A stretch of 18,574 bases of DNA from a candidate division WOR-3 bacterium (GCA_965648915.1 CBFGIV010000046.1:1-18574), one strand, 5' to 3'. Numbered from the stretch's first letter, positions 9,210-17,548 are shown. A program made the numbers and translations. Notes: generated from the sequence alone by a model not told the origin.

Positions 9210-10298
9210 TCAGTAACCAGTGACCCAGGGTGTCATCTTCCCATTCTTTACAGTCCATACCATATAAGGTGCTCGAATCATATCTCCCTTACTGTCAAAA
9301 CTGATAAATCCTATCGCGCCATCAAAATTCGATTTATGTAAAGTTTCAATCAGAGATTTCCCCTGGGATGCGCAATACGCCTCCAGCAGAACATTGAAGG
9401 CATCATACGCATAAACTGCATAATTACTCAATACTCCAAACTTCTCCTTAAAAACCCGAACAAAGTGTGCGGCACTGCCTAACTGCTCAATCGGTAAACC
9501 AAAGGTAAAGAACGACCCTTCAGCCGAGGCACCGGCTATTTTCAAATACCCGTTACTTGCCAGTCCATCGCCACCCATAAATTGCGATTTAATCCCGCTT
9601 TTGCGCATCTGGCGCACCAGATGACCCGCCTCAGGATCCACACCGCCAAAGAAGACCAGTTCCGGATTAAGGCTTTTAACCTCCTCGATCAAACCCGGGA
9701 AAGTTGTATCACCAGAATTTACTGTCCCTTCACCGATAATTTGAATACTCTTTCCGATTAACCCCTTCAGGGTCTTAACCAAGTTTTCGCCATAAATACT
9801 GCGATCATGGATCAAAAAGACCTTTTCCGGCTTCAGATAACCACAGATGAAATCTGAGGCAACCATCATCTGGGCATCATCCCGGCCACAGATTCGAAAA
9901 ATATTTCTTAAATTACGATCGGTTAGAGCCGGACTGGTCGAAGATGGACTGATCATCGGAATTTCAGCCCGGGCATAAATATCGGATGCCTGTATGGAAC
10001 AGTCACTGTTCATATGGCCAATCACCCCGATTACCTTCTCATCCACCAATCTTTTCGCTACTTCTTTTGCCTTCGATGGGTCAGCCTCGTCGTCCATTAC
10101 AACCAGCGTAATCTTCTTACGCAATGCCCCACCCCTTCGATTCCATTCTTCAGCCGCAAGTTCAACCCCCTGCAATAGGGCCCTGCCTAAAACCACCTGA
10201 TCGCCTGACAGGGGAAGAGCAACGCCGACCTTAACTTCCTGCTCGATGCAACTCAGGGAGAATAATACGACAATAGTAAATATAATTAATTTTTTCAT
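9210..10298 (-). CDS. Branched-chain amino acid ABC transporter substrate-binding lipoprotein (LivJ/LivK family)
   Basis: Motifs VGVALPLSG, GVELAAEEWN..GG, DDEADP, GVIGHMNS and FRICGRDDAQ; lipobox-like FSLSC. RBS GGAGG at 10304-10308 supports ATG 10298. Confidence 0.9.
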   Translation of the reverse strand: MKKLIIFTIVVLFSLSCIEQEVKVGVALPLSGDQVVLGRALLQGVELAAEEWNRRGGALRKKITLVVMDDEADPSKAKEVAKRLVDEKVIGVIGHMNSDCSIQASDIYARAEIPMISPSSTSPALTDRNLRNIFRICGRDDAQMMVASDFICGYLKPEKVFLIHDRSIYGENLVKTLKGLIGKSIQIIGEGTVNSGDTTFPGLIEEVKSLNPELVFFGGVDPEAGHLVRQMRKSGIKSQFMGGDGLASNGYLKIAGASAEGSFFTFGLPIEQLGSAAHFVRVFKEKFGVLSNYAVYAYDAFNVLLEAYCASQGKSLIETLHKSNFDGAIGFISFDSKGDMIRAPYMVWTVKNGKMTPWVTGY

Positions 10299-10314
10299 AA
10301 TAACCTCCATAATT

Positions 10315-10398
10315 ATCTTACACGAATTTTCTCTGGTGTCAATCAAAAAGCCGATTCTTCTATTAAATATTGACTGAATAAAGACTTCCGGGTAATAT
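10315..10398. promoter_or_regulatory. Divergent sigma70-like promoters (substrate-binding protein and acpS)
   Basis: Minus strand: TTGACA 10342-10337, 16 bp, TAAGAT 10320-10315. Plus strand: TTGACT 10370-10375, 17 bp, TAATAT 10393-10398. Confidence 0.65.
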
Positions 10399-10403
10399 TG
10401 TTG

Positions 10404-10781
10404 GTGGAGATTATCGGTATTGGCATTGATATAATTGAAGTCAAGAGAATAAAGCAAGCCCTGGACCGCCAGCCCAAAATTGCCGCCAAACTCTTTACTC
10501 CGGGCGAATTAAGTAATTGTCAAGCGAGGTCTTATCAGTATGAAGAACTCGCCGGTCGCTTTGCCGCAAAAGAGGCACTGCTTAAGGCAATTGGCATTGG
10601 CTGGCGTAGAGGTGTAAAATTCCCGGAGATTGAGGTCAGCAATGAAAAAAGCGGTAAACCTTATATAACCGTCTTCGGTCGGGTTAAAGAATTTACTGAC
10701 CGCCTTGGTGTGAAAGAGATATTCCTGACCATAACCCACACCCGGGATCTGGCAATGGCACAGGTTATACTGACAAAATAA
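10404..10781 (+). CDS. acpS: Holo-[acyl-carrier-protein] synthase
   Basis: Motifs IIGIGIDIIEVKRI, LAGRFAAKEALLKAIGIG, SGKP and LTITH...AMAQVIL. GTG 10404 is the likely start. Confidence 0.95.
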   Translation: MEIIGIGIDIIEVKRIKQALDRQPKIAAKLFTPGELSNCQARSYQYEELAGRFAAKEALLKAIGIGWRRGVKFPEIEVSNEKSGKPYITVFGRVKEFTDRLGVKEIFLTITHTRDLAMAQVILTK

Positions 10782-10808
10782 TCAGACTTGCTATAAATAA
10801 TATTACTG

Positions 10809-11237
10809 TCAGGCAGGCCGGAAAATTATGAAAATCAACCAGAAAAAGGCAGTTACCCCGGGCAAGACTTTCAATAAGAGATCGTTGGGCGCAAATATCC
10901 TGAGGAACTGAGGCAGAAAACTGTACTGACGACTCATAACCAGATATACCCGATCCGGACCCGGTAAGTTGTTTTCCAGTTCCAGAAGTGATCGGTAACT
11001 GAAACTATAATTAGCATTGATATGCGCACCAACGACAAACCAGGCAATCGAGATGACAAGTCCAAATAGACCAAGCAGGACTTTGAGCCAGTTGGAGTGG
11101 GCAGTGGCAAAGGCAAAATAGATAAGGCCGTTGCCGATAACAAAGAAACCGCCGGTCATCAGGACCAGTTTGGCACTGGTAGAAAAGAGTGCCTCAAGGC
11201 GCTGAAATTTATCTAAAGAAATTCTCTGTTCGCTCAT
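10809..11237 (-). CDS. Small membrane protein with 3 predicted TM helices, resembling RipA-like/SLATT-like small membrane proteins
   Basis: Three hydrophobic segments; pattern FF...N....G....S..W........Y.....E.E..LP. RBS AGGAGG at 11242-11247 favours ATG 11237. The family assignment is tentative. Confidence 0.7.
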   Translation of the reverse strand: MSEQRISLDKFQRLEALFSTSAKLVLMTGGFFVIGNGLIYFAFATAHSNWLKVLLGLFGLVISIAWFVVGAHINANYSFSYRSLLELENNLPGPDRVYLVMSRQYSFLPQFLRIFAPNDLLLKVLPGVTAFFWLIFIIFRPA

Positions 11238-11283
11238 CATACCTCCTGTTCAGAACTGATTATTCGACCTTACTGAATTACCA

Positions 11284-11334
11284 AAAATAGTCGGGGGCCG
11301 ATTTTATTAATTAGAATTTTCGACCCACTATTTT
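11284..11334. repeat. Imperfect inverted repeat (REP-like)
   Basis: AAAATAGTCGGGGGCCGA ... TCGACCCACTATTTT; the right arm reverse-complements to AAAATAGTGGGTCGA. Confidence 0.5.
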
Positions 11335-11374
11335 ATCCATTATCTTTATCTTTACAAGTTTTTTTATAAACAGG

Positions 11375-11411
11375 AGGGGACAGTCCCCTATTGATAAGTC
11401 CTTAAAAATCA
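11375..11411 (+). repeat. Dispersed REP-like repeat, copy 2, with palindrome AGGGGAC-A-GTCCCCT
   Basis: Perfect 7-bp arms at 11375-11389; 30/36 identity to the reverse complement of 5093-5128. Confidence 0.7.
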
Positions 11412-11485
11412 GAAGGCTTTTGGCTGATTAACTTGTGTGGATGATTGGAAATAATCTTTCGCTTTATCATTTTGTCAATTACCCG

Positions 11486-11843
11486 AAGGGGTCAGGTCTT
11501 GAACTGTGAAAACCCACCATCTTAATCCTTACAGGATTTAAGACCACATATCTACATCTCTTATATTAAACCTCTGGTAAACCCCATTTAATTGTCCATT
11601 CCTTTAGAAAGACTCCCTTCGGTGGTCTCTATTAAAAGGTGGTAGTGGATCCTCATAAGACAACAGGCAGGAGATAGCCAATTGTACCTCTCTACTCCAG
11701 AGGCGCGTATCTCCAAAAATGTCTCTCTATCCCCTGCTTTCTATCTCCCCTTGAGGTAAAGTGATAAAGGGCTCCGTAAATTAACTAATTCAAAAATCAA
11801 GACTGAGCCCTTTTTCTCTGTGATCCCTTTCTTTGACCCCTTT
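11486..11843. repeat. Inverted and tandem GGGGTCA-type repeats flanking the RAYT remnant
   Basis: AAGGGGTCAGGTCTTGA (11486-11502) versus TCAAGACTGAGCCCTTT (11797-11813), plus further TGATCCCTTT (11821-11830) and TGACCCCTTT (11834-11843) copies. Confidence 0.7.
11515..11778 (-). pseudogene. Degenerate REP-associated tyrosine transposase (RAYT, IS200/Y1 HUH family), frameshifted and internally deleted
   Basis: Minus-strand fragments in different frames: YGALYHFTSRGDRK; DRETFLEIRASGVERYNWLSPACCLMRIHYHLLIETTEGSLSKGM; QLNGVYQRFNIR; CRYVVLNPVRIKMV. HUH motif HYH at 11647-11639; catalytic YxxxNPVR from 11550. No start codon. Confidence 0.85.
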
Positions 11844-11880
11844 CCCATTCTGGAATCTCGTGACAACACTAAGCAGATTG

Positions 11881-14520
11881 TCACTTAACCAATACAATTT
11901 TTTTAATCGTGGTCCTTCGTTGGCTGGTAAAGTGAATAAAATAGACACCCTGGGGCTGATTTTTAGTATTCCATAATACTTCGTGATGACCCGGATCGAG
12001 GAGTTTGCTGTTAATTAAATTTGCTATTCTCCGACCAACCACATCGAAGACTTTTAATGTAACTCTTACTCGTCCTGACAGATAGAAGTGAATTCTTGCC
12101 CGGTCGCGACATGGATTAGGCATAATATTCAACCGGACAGGAATCGTCTGATCGATCTCCGTTTCTTCAATCCCCACCTCACAATTGATGACCGAGATAA
12201 ATGGGCCGGTATGCGAGGCATAGAGACGGTCATTGCGGTTGTTCCAGCACATATCATGGGTATGGGTGATTGTTAAACTATCAATAACTCGATGCGTCCA
12301 ACCATCTATTATCAAAGCAGTTGGATGTGCCTCGTTCGCAATCCAGACATGATTACGCAATGAATCAAAGAAAATGCCATTGGCTGACTGGGGACGTGAA
12401 TAACCTATGTATATCTGAGCAACCACCGTATCCTGACTACAATCAATAATCTTAAAAGAGTCTAAGTATTGATAATAAATACAATTATTTCTTGGATTAT
12501 AATACATTCCATCTGGCCATAAGGTACCCACATAGATCGAATCGATTATACTATCAGTCGCACCATCAACTTCTAATAACCACCCTTTATGATCTCTTTG
12601 AAAAAATACCGAATTATCCCGGGAATTATATATTATTGGTGCCAAACTGAACCCTGTACGGATATATTTTACCGGCGTGTCACTTACACAACTGATGACA
12701 ACTCTACCACTGTCATATCCACCATATATCTTGTTATTAACTGGATTATATACCCACAGGATAGGAAGCCCTTGAGGAAAATAAACCTGCCTTAAAATCG
12801 TATCAGTAGCACAGTCGAAGACAGTTAATGAATCATTGTTAAAGTTAATATATATGCGATTATTCACGGGATTGAATATAAATGATCTGGGGTATGAATG
12901 ACGGAACCTTATTAACTGAATCCCGGAAAGACTGTCATTACGACAATCGATGACCGCAATACCAAAGGTATCAAAACCAACTGCCATTGGGCAATATATT
13001 TTATTGGAAACCGGACTATAATAAGCATCGATTGGACCTTCTCCACTACTCACAAATGGCTGCATTGCTCTATTGATTTCGAAATTTTTTATTACTGATT
13101 GATTGTCACAGTTAATAACTGTAAACCCCGCAGGCCGCCGATTCAATGAATAAATCTTATTGGCTGATTCATTAAATACAAGATACTCTGGACTGATGCC
13201 GGTCGGAATCTTATCGATAATGGCCATATTTTTGCGGTCGAACAGAGAAACAAATATACCACGAGGAATATAAGCAAGGTCATTATACCAATTTCTGTTA
13301 AATTGTGTAGCGAAATGCAGCTTTTTAATTATCGTATCCTGTTCACCATCAAGTATAAAACTCATATAGGCCATCTTTCTATAACAGTAGAGCGGGACAT
13401 AAATCCTGTTGTAATCAGGATCCCAGAAAAGAGATCTCGGAGTAGTATCATTGAGATATATTACTTTTATTATGCTGTCACGAAAACAATCGATTACAGT
13501 TAAATAATTGTCTGAATAGAGCTCTTCATCCGAACCTGTGTAGAGTTTGTTATATTTTGGTGCCCAGCAGAGATAACACGCCGCAAAAGTATTGGTCGGC
13601 ATTGCAATCTGCTTTATAATGGAATCGTTTGAACAATCTACTACTATTACATAAGAATATTCTCCAGGTGGCCACTTGGAGATGGTTGCAGGGATATAAA
13701 CCTTGTTATCTCTACTGTTCCAGGCCATCATCCATCCGGTGAAAATCGTATCCCCTGGTGATTCAGGAAATATCCTGATATATTCAATAATACTATCTTT
13801 AACACAATCAATAACTGCGACATTGCTATCGCGTCGCATTATCGTAGCACAGTAAAGCTTATTGTCGATTGAATCGAGGATCATGGCATAAGCGCCTAAT
13901 ACCGGGAGAAATTTTAATAAGGAATCATTTCGACCGTCGATTATTTGAACTCCAGCATGAATAAAGGCTGAATCCCAGCTGGTATAGTAAATTTTATTTA
14001 ACTGATAGTTCACCAACCCTTGTGTTAACCAGTAAGGTGTTCTAATTCTTTTTAATATCTGATTTGTATGACCATCGATAACAACAAGTGTTGAATCAGT
14101 GAGAGGACAGTAGATCCTATTTGTCAGAGCATTAAAGAGTATACTGCTTAAACCCATACGTGCGCCGCCTGCATTTGTATCTCCCGGGTTTGAAGTTGTC
14201 CATATAGGTGGACAGTCTAAAAAAATACGCGCGATTCTTTTATTTGTATTACAGTCAATAATAATTACCCCGGGATAACCACCGCCAGCGACATACATCT
14301 TATTTTCAATCCAGTTGTAGCACATTTCCCGAGCGCCATTCAGCCCTCCAAGGGAATCGGGTAAAAAGATTCTCTTCTCTACATTCTGAAAATTGATCCC
14401 GGACTGAAAGGACTGAGTATACCAGTAATCATCAGGAATCCTGAGTAAACCGGGATAATTAAAATTAATTGCCGATATAAGGAGTGGAACAAGGATATTA
14501 AAAATTATAACGGTTTTCAT
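11881..14520 (-). CDS. Secreted YncE/YVTN-like beta-propeller repeat protein with T9SS-type C-terminal domain
   Basis: Signal-like N-terminus; many N..NNKIYC....V.VIDC..DSII..I repeats; C-terminal PNP...VFDVVGR.IA.L...WN....GVYF...KKIVLVK. RBS AGGAGA at 14525-14530. Confidence 0.88.
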   Translation of the reverse strand: MKTVIIFNILVPLLISAINFNYPGLLRIPDDYWYTQSFQSGINFQNVEKRIFLPDSLGGLNGAREMCYNWIENKMYVAGGGYPGVIIIDCNTNKRIARIFLDCPPIWTTSNPGDTNAGGARMGLSSILFNALTNRIYCPLTDSTLVVIDGHTNQILKRIRTPYWLTQGLVNYQLNKIYYTSWDSAFIHAGVQIIDGRNDSLLKFLPVLGAYAMILDSIDNKLYCATIMRRDSNVAVIDCVKDSIIEYIRIFPESPGDTIFTGWMMAWNSRDNKVYIPATISKWPPGEYSYVIVVDCSNDSIIKQIAMPTNTFAACYLCWAPKYNKLYTGSDEELYSDNYLTVIDCFRDSIIKVIYLNDTTPRSLFWDPDYNRIYVPLYCYRKMAYMSFILDGEQDTIIKKLHFATQFNRNWYNDLAYIPRGIFVSLFDRKNMAIIDKIPTGISPEYLVFNESANKIYSLNRRPAGFTVINCDNQSVIKNFEINRAMQPFVSSGEGPIDAYYSPVSNKIYCPMAVGFDTFGIAVIDCRNDSLSGIQLIRFRHSYPRSFIFNPVNNRIYINFNNDSLTVFDCATDTILRQVYFPQGLPILWVYNPVNNKIYGGYDSGRVVISCVSDTPVKYIRTGFSLAPIIYNSRDNSVFFQRDHKGWLLEVDGATDSIIDSIYVGTLWPDGMYYNPRNNCIYYQYLDSFKIIDCSQDTVVAQIYIGYSRPQSANGIFFDSLRNHVWIANEAHPTALIIDGWTHRVIDSLTITHTHDMCWNNRNDRLYASHTGPFISVINCEVGIEETEIDQTIPVRLNIMPNPCRDRARIHFYLSGRVRVTLKVFDVVGRRIANLINSKLLDPGHHEVLWNTKNQPQGVYFIHFTSQRRTTIKKIVLVK

Positions 14521-14546
14521 AAAATCTCCTGTGTGATATTATTTTG

Positions 14547-14574
14547 ATTTTAACCGTTATCTCATATTTGTCAA
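14547..14574 (-). promoter_or_regulatory. sigma70-like promoter of the YncE-like gene
   Basis: TTGACA (14574-14569), 16-bp spacer, TAAAAT (14552-14547). Confidence 0.65.
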
Positions 14575-14608
14575 GAGCGAGGTGGAGGATTACCTCCACC
14601 TCGCTCTT
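14573..14608 (-). terminator. Perfect 16-bp hairpin just after the stop of the 877-aa gene (probable terminator or stabiliser)
   Basis: AAGAGCGAGGTGGAGG-ATTA-CCTCCACCTCGCTCTT, 5 nt downstream of the stop codon. There is no long U-tract. Confidence 0.65.
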
Positions 14609-14613
14609 AATAA

Positions 14614-17247
14614 TTACCTTACCAGTATGATCTTCCTGGTTTCAGTCCTATCCCGAGTATCGAGTTTCAAGAAGTAGACACCGGAAGGAAGGCGATTACC
14701 ACTGGCGCTTCGACCATTCCAGACTAAATGGTAACGACCAACTTCTTCGTGGCGATTGACAAGCGTTCTGACCAGGGCACCGTTCAGATCATAGACTTTA
14801 AGATTGACCAGAGATGGTTGCGTCACTCCATAAGTTATCTCAAAATTATTCGAACCTACGCTCCGGACGGTCATTCGCCTGCTGTCAAAATAACCCCTTC
14901 TATATTGCTCCTGTCCTCCACCCTGTCCGGCAGCCGACGAAATCGATTTCAATGTCCGCCTGAAGTATAGAATCTGTCTTCTGTTATTCTGTTCAATTGT
15001 AAAGACCGAATATAACTTTAGGTCTTCCCCGGTTTCAAGACAGGCGAGTTGAGGATATGATGCGGTATAATATGCAGAATTATAGAAAGGTGCTGGAGGT
15101 AACCAATCTGTTCCCACCTTACGGACAAGATATATAATCCCGTTGTCGTCGTAGAGGATATTACCCTTACTGATGCTTAAATTTGCAGATGTGGTTGAAG
15201 TCATTGCTACCTTTTTCCTTAAACTCCAGGGACCGCTGAGCACTGATCTGGTCCGGGCGTAGATCTCTCCATTATCTTCTTGCCAGACAGCGATTATCAG
15301 ATTATTGTAAACATCAATGACTGGTAGCGTTGAGAATAACTCTTTACTTTCTGAGAGGTTCTGGCGCGAAGTGATATTATTACCATCAGCCATAGCATAA
15401 TATATCTCACCATCAGAAGGATTGGTATAAACAATCGAGACCCGCCCATTAGGGTCTACGATGAGCGATGAATTTCCCGCCTTAGCAAGAATTGCGGAAG
15501 TGTTAACCGACTGCCATTTCGGCTCCGGTGTTTGTGAAATAGGAGCGGTGCCGTAATTAATTAACCATCTATCGCCTGAAATTTTTTCCAACAGGAAATG
15601 AATCATATCGCCGTCATCGATTACACAGGAGGCTGAAATAAATTTACCATCAGGATCCTCGGCTATAATAAAAGGGGGTGAAAATTTACCGTTAGCGCTC
15701 TGCGTATAGTAAACCCTGGTCTGGTCATTACTGAGGTATAATATAATTAAAGTACCATCCTTGCATATTGCGATATTTGAATTGATGCCTGCGCCAATCG
15801 CCACTGCTTTTATCCATTTGGGCTTCACTGCATCATGGCAGACATAATATACTGAGTCGTTCACCACTACATTACAAATTGCATGAACGGCACCTTGGTC
15901 ATCGATCACCATCTTTTTACCATTAACCACTACACCTTTTCCACCAGGGCCTTGATCACCACCGATAACCTCGTCAGGTAGATAGACCAGGTCAAATTTG
16001 ACTTTCTTAGTATTGCCTTCCTTCTCATACCAGAGTAACCCGGCCCAGGTTTCAGGTGGAATAGGGCTCCAGCCCGGACCAGCGTTAGTTTGATATACCG
16101 CCACATTTATTTCATCGGAGATAGTATTGGGTGTATTACTCAGATTCCACCAAAAATCCGCTTCGGGCATTCCCCAATAACATTCAGGTTGATAATAAAC
16201 TTCGCTGCTGAGTGGATTATTAAACCAGGCGGTCACAAATGCACGACGCTGATTTGTAATAGCGATTACTGGAGACCTTGAACTATCAGCGATTCTCAAC
16301 CGAATGTTATTAGAAGTGTAGGGCGGCCAAAATCTATTCATCCATTCGCACCAGGGCCTTTCCGATCCTTTCATACCCCAGCAACCCACCTCTTTCCACG
16401 GGAAATTACCGGGACCAAAGGGATCGGGTATAGCACAAATGTGAGTATGATCATCTTGGATACTATCTCCTTCTCCTTGCCAAGGGTCCCCATAAGAGTA
16501 TTGTCTATAGAAACTTTTATAAACATCTCCATTTTGTGTGTAAAGAAAGCACTCATTTATCCATATTTGTTCAACATCAGATCGATATGAGCGGTAGATG
16601 TAGAATCTATATGCATCTGGATTTAGTGGGTCATCGATACTGAGACATATCCTATCTTGATTATGCTCGTAAAATGGTTCCTGCAGCCTGTAAAATCGAT
16701 GGTTTCCCGGACCCGGGTTTCCGTATGGAAAGGTCCATTCGTCTAAATGCCAAGGGTGTCTTTTACCCACATAGATTGAGTCATTCGCATAGTTTATCCC
16801 GATGGAAAAACTAACCATATCACTATTTTCATTGGTTTGCATCGCAAATCGGTCTGTCCAGTTGAATATAATAGGGTCTGCCCAGTTTCCATTTGCATCT
16901 TTATATCTATAAGCCGGCCAATAGTATTGTGGAGCACGGGGCACAGTCCAGATTATCCCTGGTTTTTTCTCGTAATTTGCTACAATCCCCGCTCTGAGAT
17001 AAGAGTTTGAACCCGCATAAACCTCAAACGGAGTTGTCCAGGTCATACCCAGGTCTGAAGACATTGTATACCAGACTCTGTCATTAGAAACAAAGGTAAC
17101 ATGAAAATTTCCTGCCGTATCGCGCACGATATTATTTGCCTGATGAGGCTCAAGGGCAAAATCGGTATCTACACTCCATTCGTAACTTGGCCAGGCCAAA
17201 GATAACATAAAGAATATATTGATTAGGGTTATTATATACTTTTTCAT
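14614..17247 (-). CDS. Large secreted beta-rich (BNR/propeller-like) protein with FlgD-Ig/T9SS-type C-terminal domain, 877 aa
   Basis: RBS AAGGAGG precedes ATG 17247 (MKKYIITL... signal peptide); Asp-box-like SSDLGMTW; C-terminal VYDLNGALVRTL...WNGRSASGNRLPSGVYFLKL...KIILVR. Confidence 0.85.
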   Translation of the reverse strand: MKKYIITLINIFFMLSLAWPSYEWSVDTDFALEPHQANNIVRDTAGNFHVTFVSNDRVWYTMSSDLGMTWTTPFEVYAGSNSYLRAGIVANYEKKPGIIWTVPRAPQYYWPAYRYKDANGNWADPIIFNWTDRFAMQTNENSDMVSFSIGINYANDSIYVGKRHPWHLDEWTFPYGNPGPGNHRFYRLQEPFYEHNQDRICLSIDDPLNPDAYRFYIYRSYRSDVEQIWINECFLYTQNGDVYKSFYRQYSYGDPWQGEGDSIQDDHTHICAIPDPFGPGNFPWKEVGCWGMKGSERPWCEWMNRFWPPYTSNNIRLRIADSSRSPVIAITNQRRAFVTAWFNNPLSSEVYYQPECYWGMPEADFWWNLSNTPNTISDEINVAVYQTNAGPGWSPIPPETWAGLLWYEKEGNTKKVKFDLVYLPDEVIGGDQGPGGKGVVVNGKKMVIDDQGAVHAICNVVVNDSVYYVCHDAVKPKWIKAVAIGAGINSNIAICKDGTLIILYLSNDQTRVYYTQSANGKFSPPFIIAEDPDGKFISASCVIDDGDMIHFLLEKISGDRWLINYGTAPISQTPEPKWQSVNTSAILAKAGNSSLIVDPNGRVSIVYTNPSDGEIYYAMADGNNITSRQNLSESKELFSTLPVIDVYNNLIIAVWQEDNGEIYARTRSVLSGPWSLRKKVAMTSTTSANLSISKGNILYDDNGIIYLVRKVGTDWLPPAPFYNSAYYTASYPQLACLETGEDLKLYSVFTIEQNNRRQILYFRRTLKSISSAAGQGGGQEQYRRGYFDSRRMTVRSVGSNNFEITYGVTQPSLVNLKVYDLNGALVRTLVNRHEEVGRYHLVWNGRSASGNRLPSGVYFLKLDTRDRTETRKIILVR

Positions 17248-17348
17248 CTTGCCTCCTTTTTGTTGAAAAAGCATTACAGATTCAAGCGGTGATACAGGTG
17301 TAACTTCTGATTCTTAAATCATCTTACACCTCCAGGTTAAGGGGCAAA

Positions 17349-17453
17349 AGGGTCTGAGGGTCGAGGGTCGGAGGAGTCGATAGAGTCTGAGAGTCGGGGG
17401 GTTGGAGGATCGAGGAGTCGAGAGTCTGAGGAGTCGAAGGAGTCCAAGGTCGA
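17349..17453 (+). repeat. Degenerate tandem repeat of 7-10 nt units, consensus about AGGAGTCG (roughly 13 units)
   Basis: agggtctg agggtcg agggtcgg aggagtcg atagagtctg agagtcgg ... aggagtcg agagtctg aggagtcg ... Confidence 0.8.
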
Positions 17454-17454
17454 A

Positions 17455-17517
17455 AAAGATTGAAGATGGAGGATGGAGAATAAAAGATGGAAAATAGAGG
17501 ATGGAAGATGGAAAAAG
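17455..17517 (+). repeat. Heptamer tandem repeat, 9 units, consensus GARGATG
   Basis: aaagatt gaagatg gaggatg gagaata aaagatg gaaaata gaggatg gaagatg gaaaaag. Confidence 0.85.
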
Positions 17518-17548
17518 AAAAAAGACGATTAGTGCGGTATTCGCTCTC

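Noticed and set aside
235..16556. Short ORFs (60-105 aa) antisense to or nested in the long genes
   Set aside because: Shadow frames of well-supported genes, with no independent signals.
17349..17517. CRISPR array
   Set aside because: Units are 7-10 nt, degenerate and contiguous, with no spacers and no cas genes.
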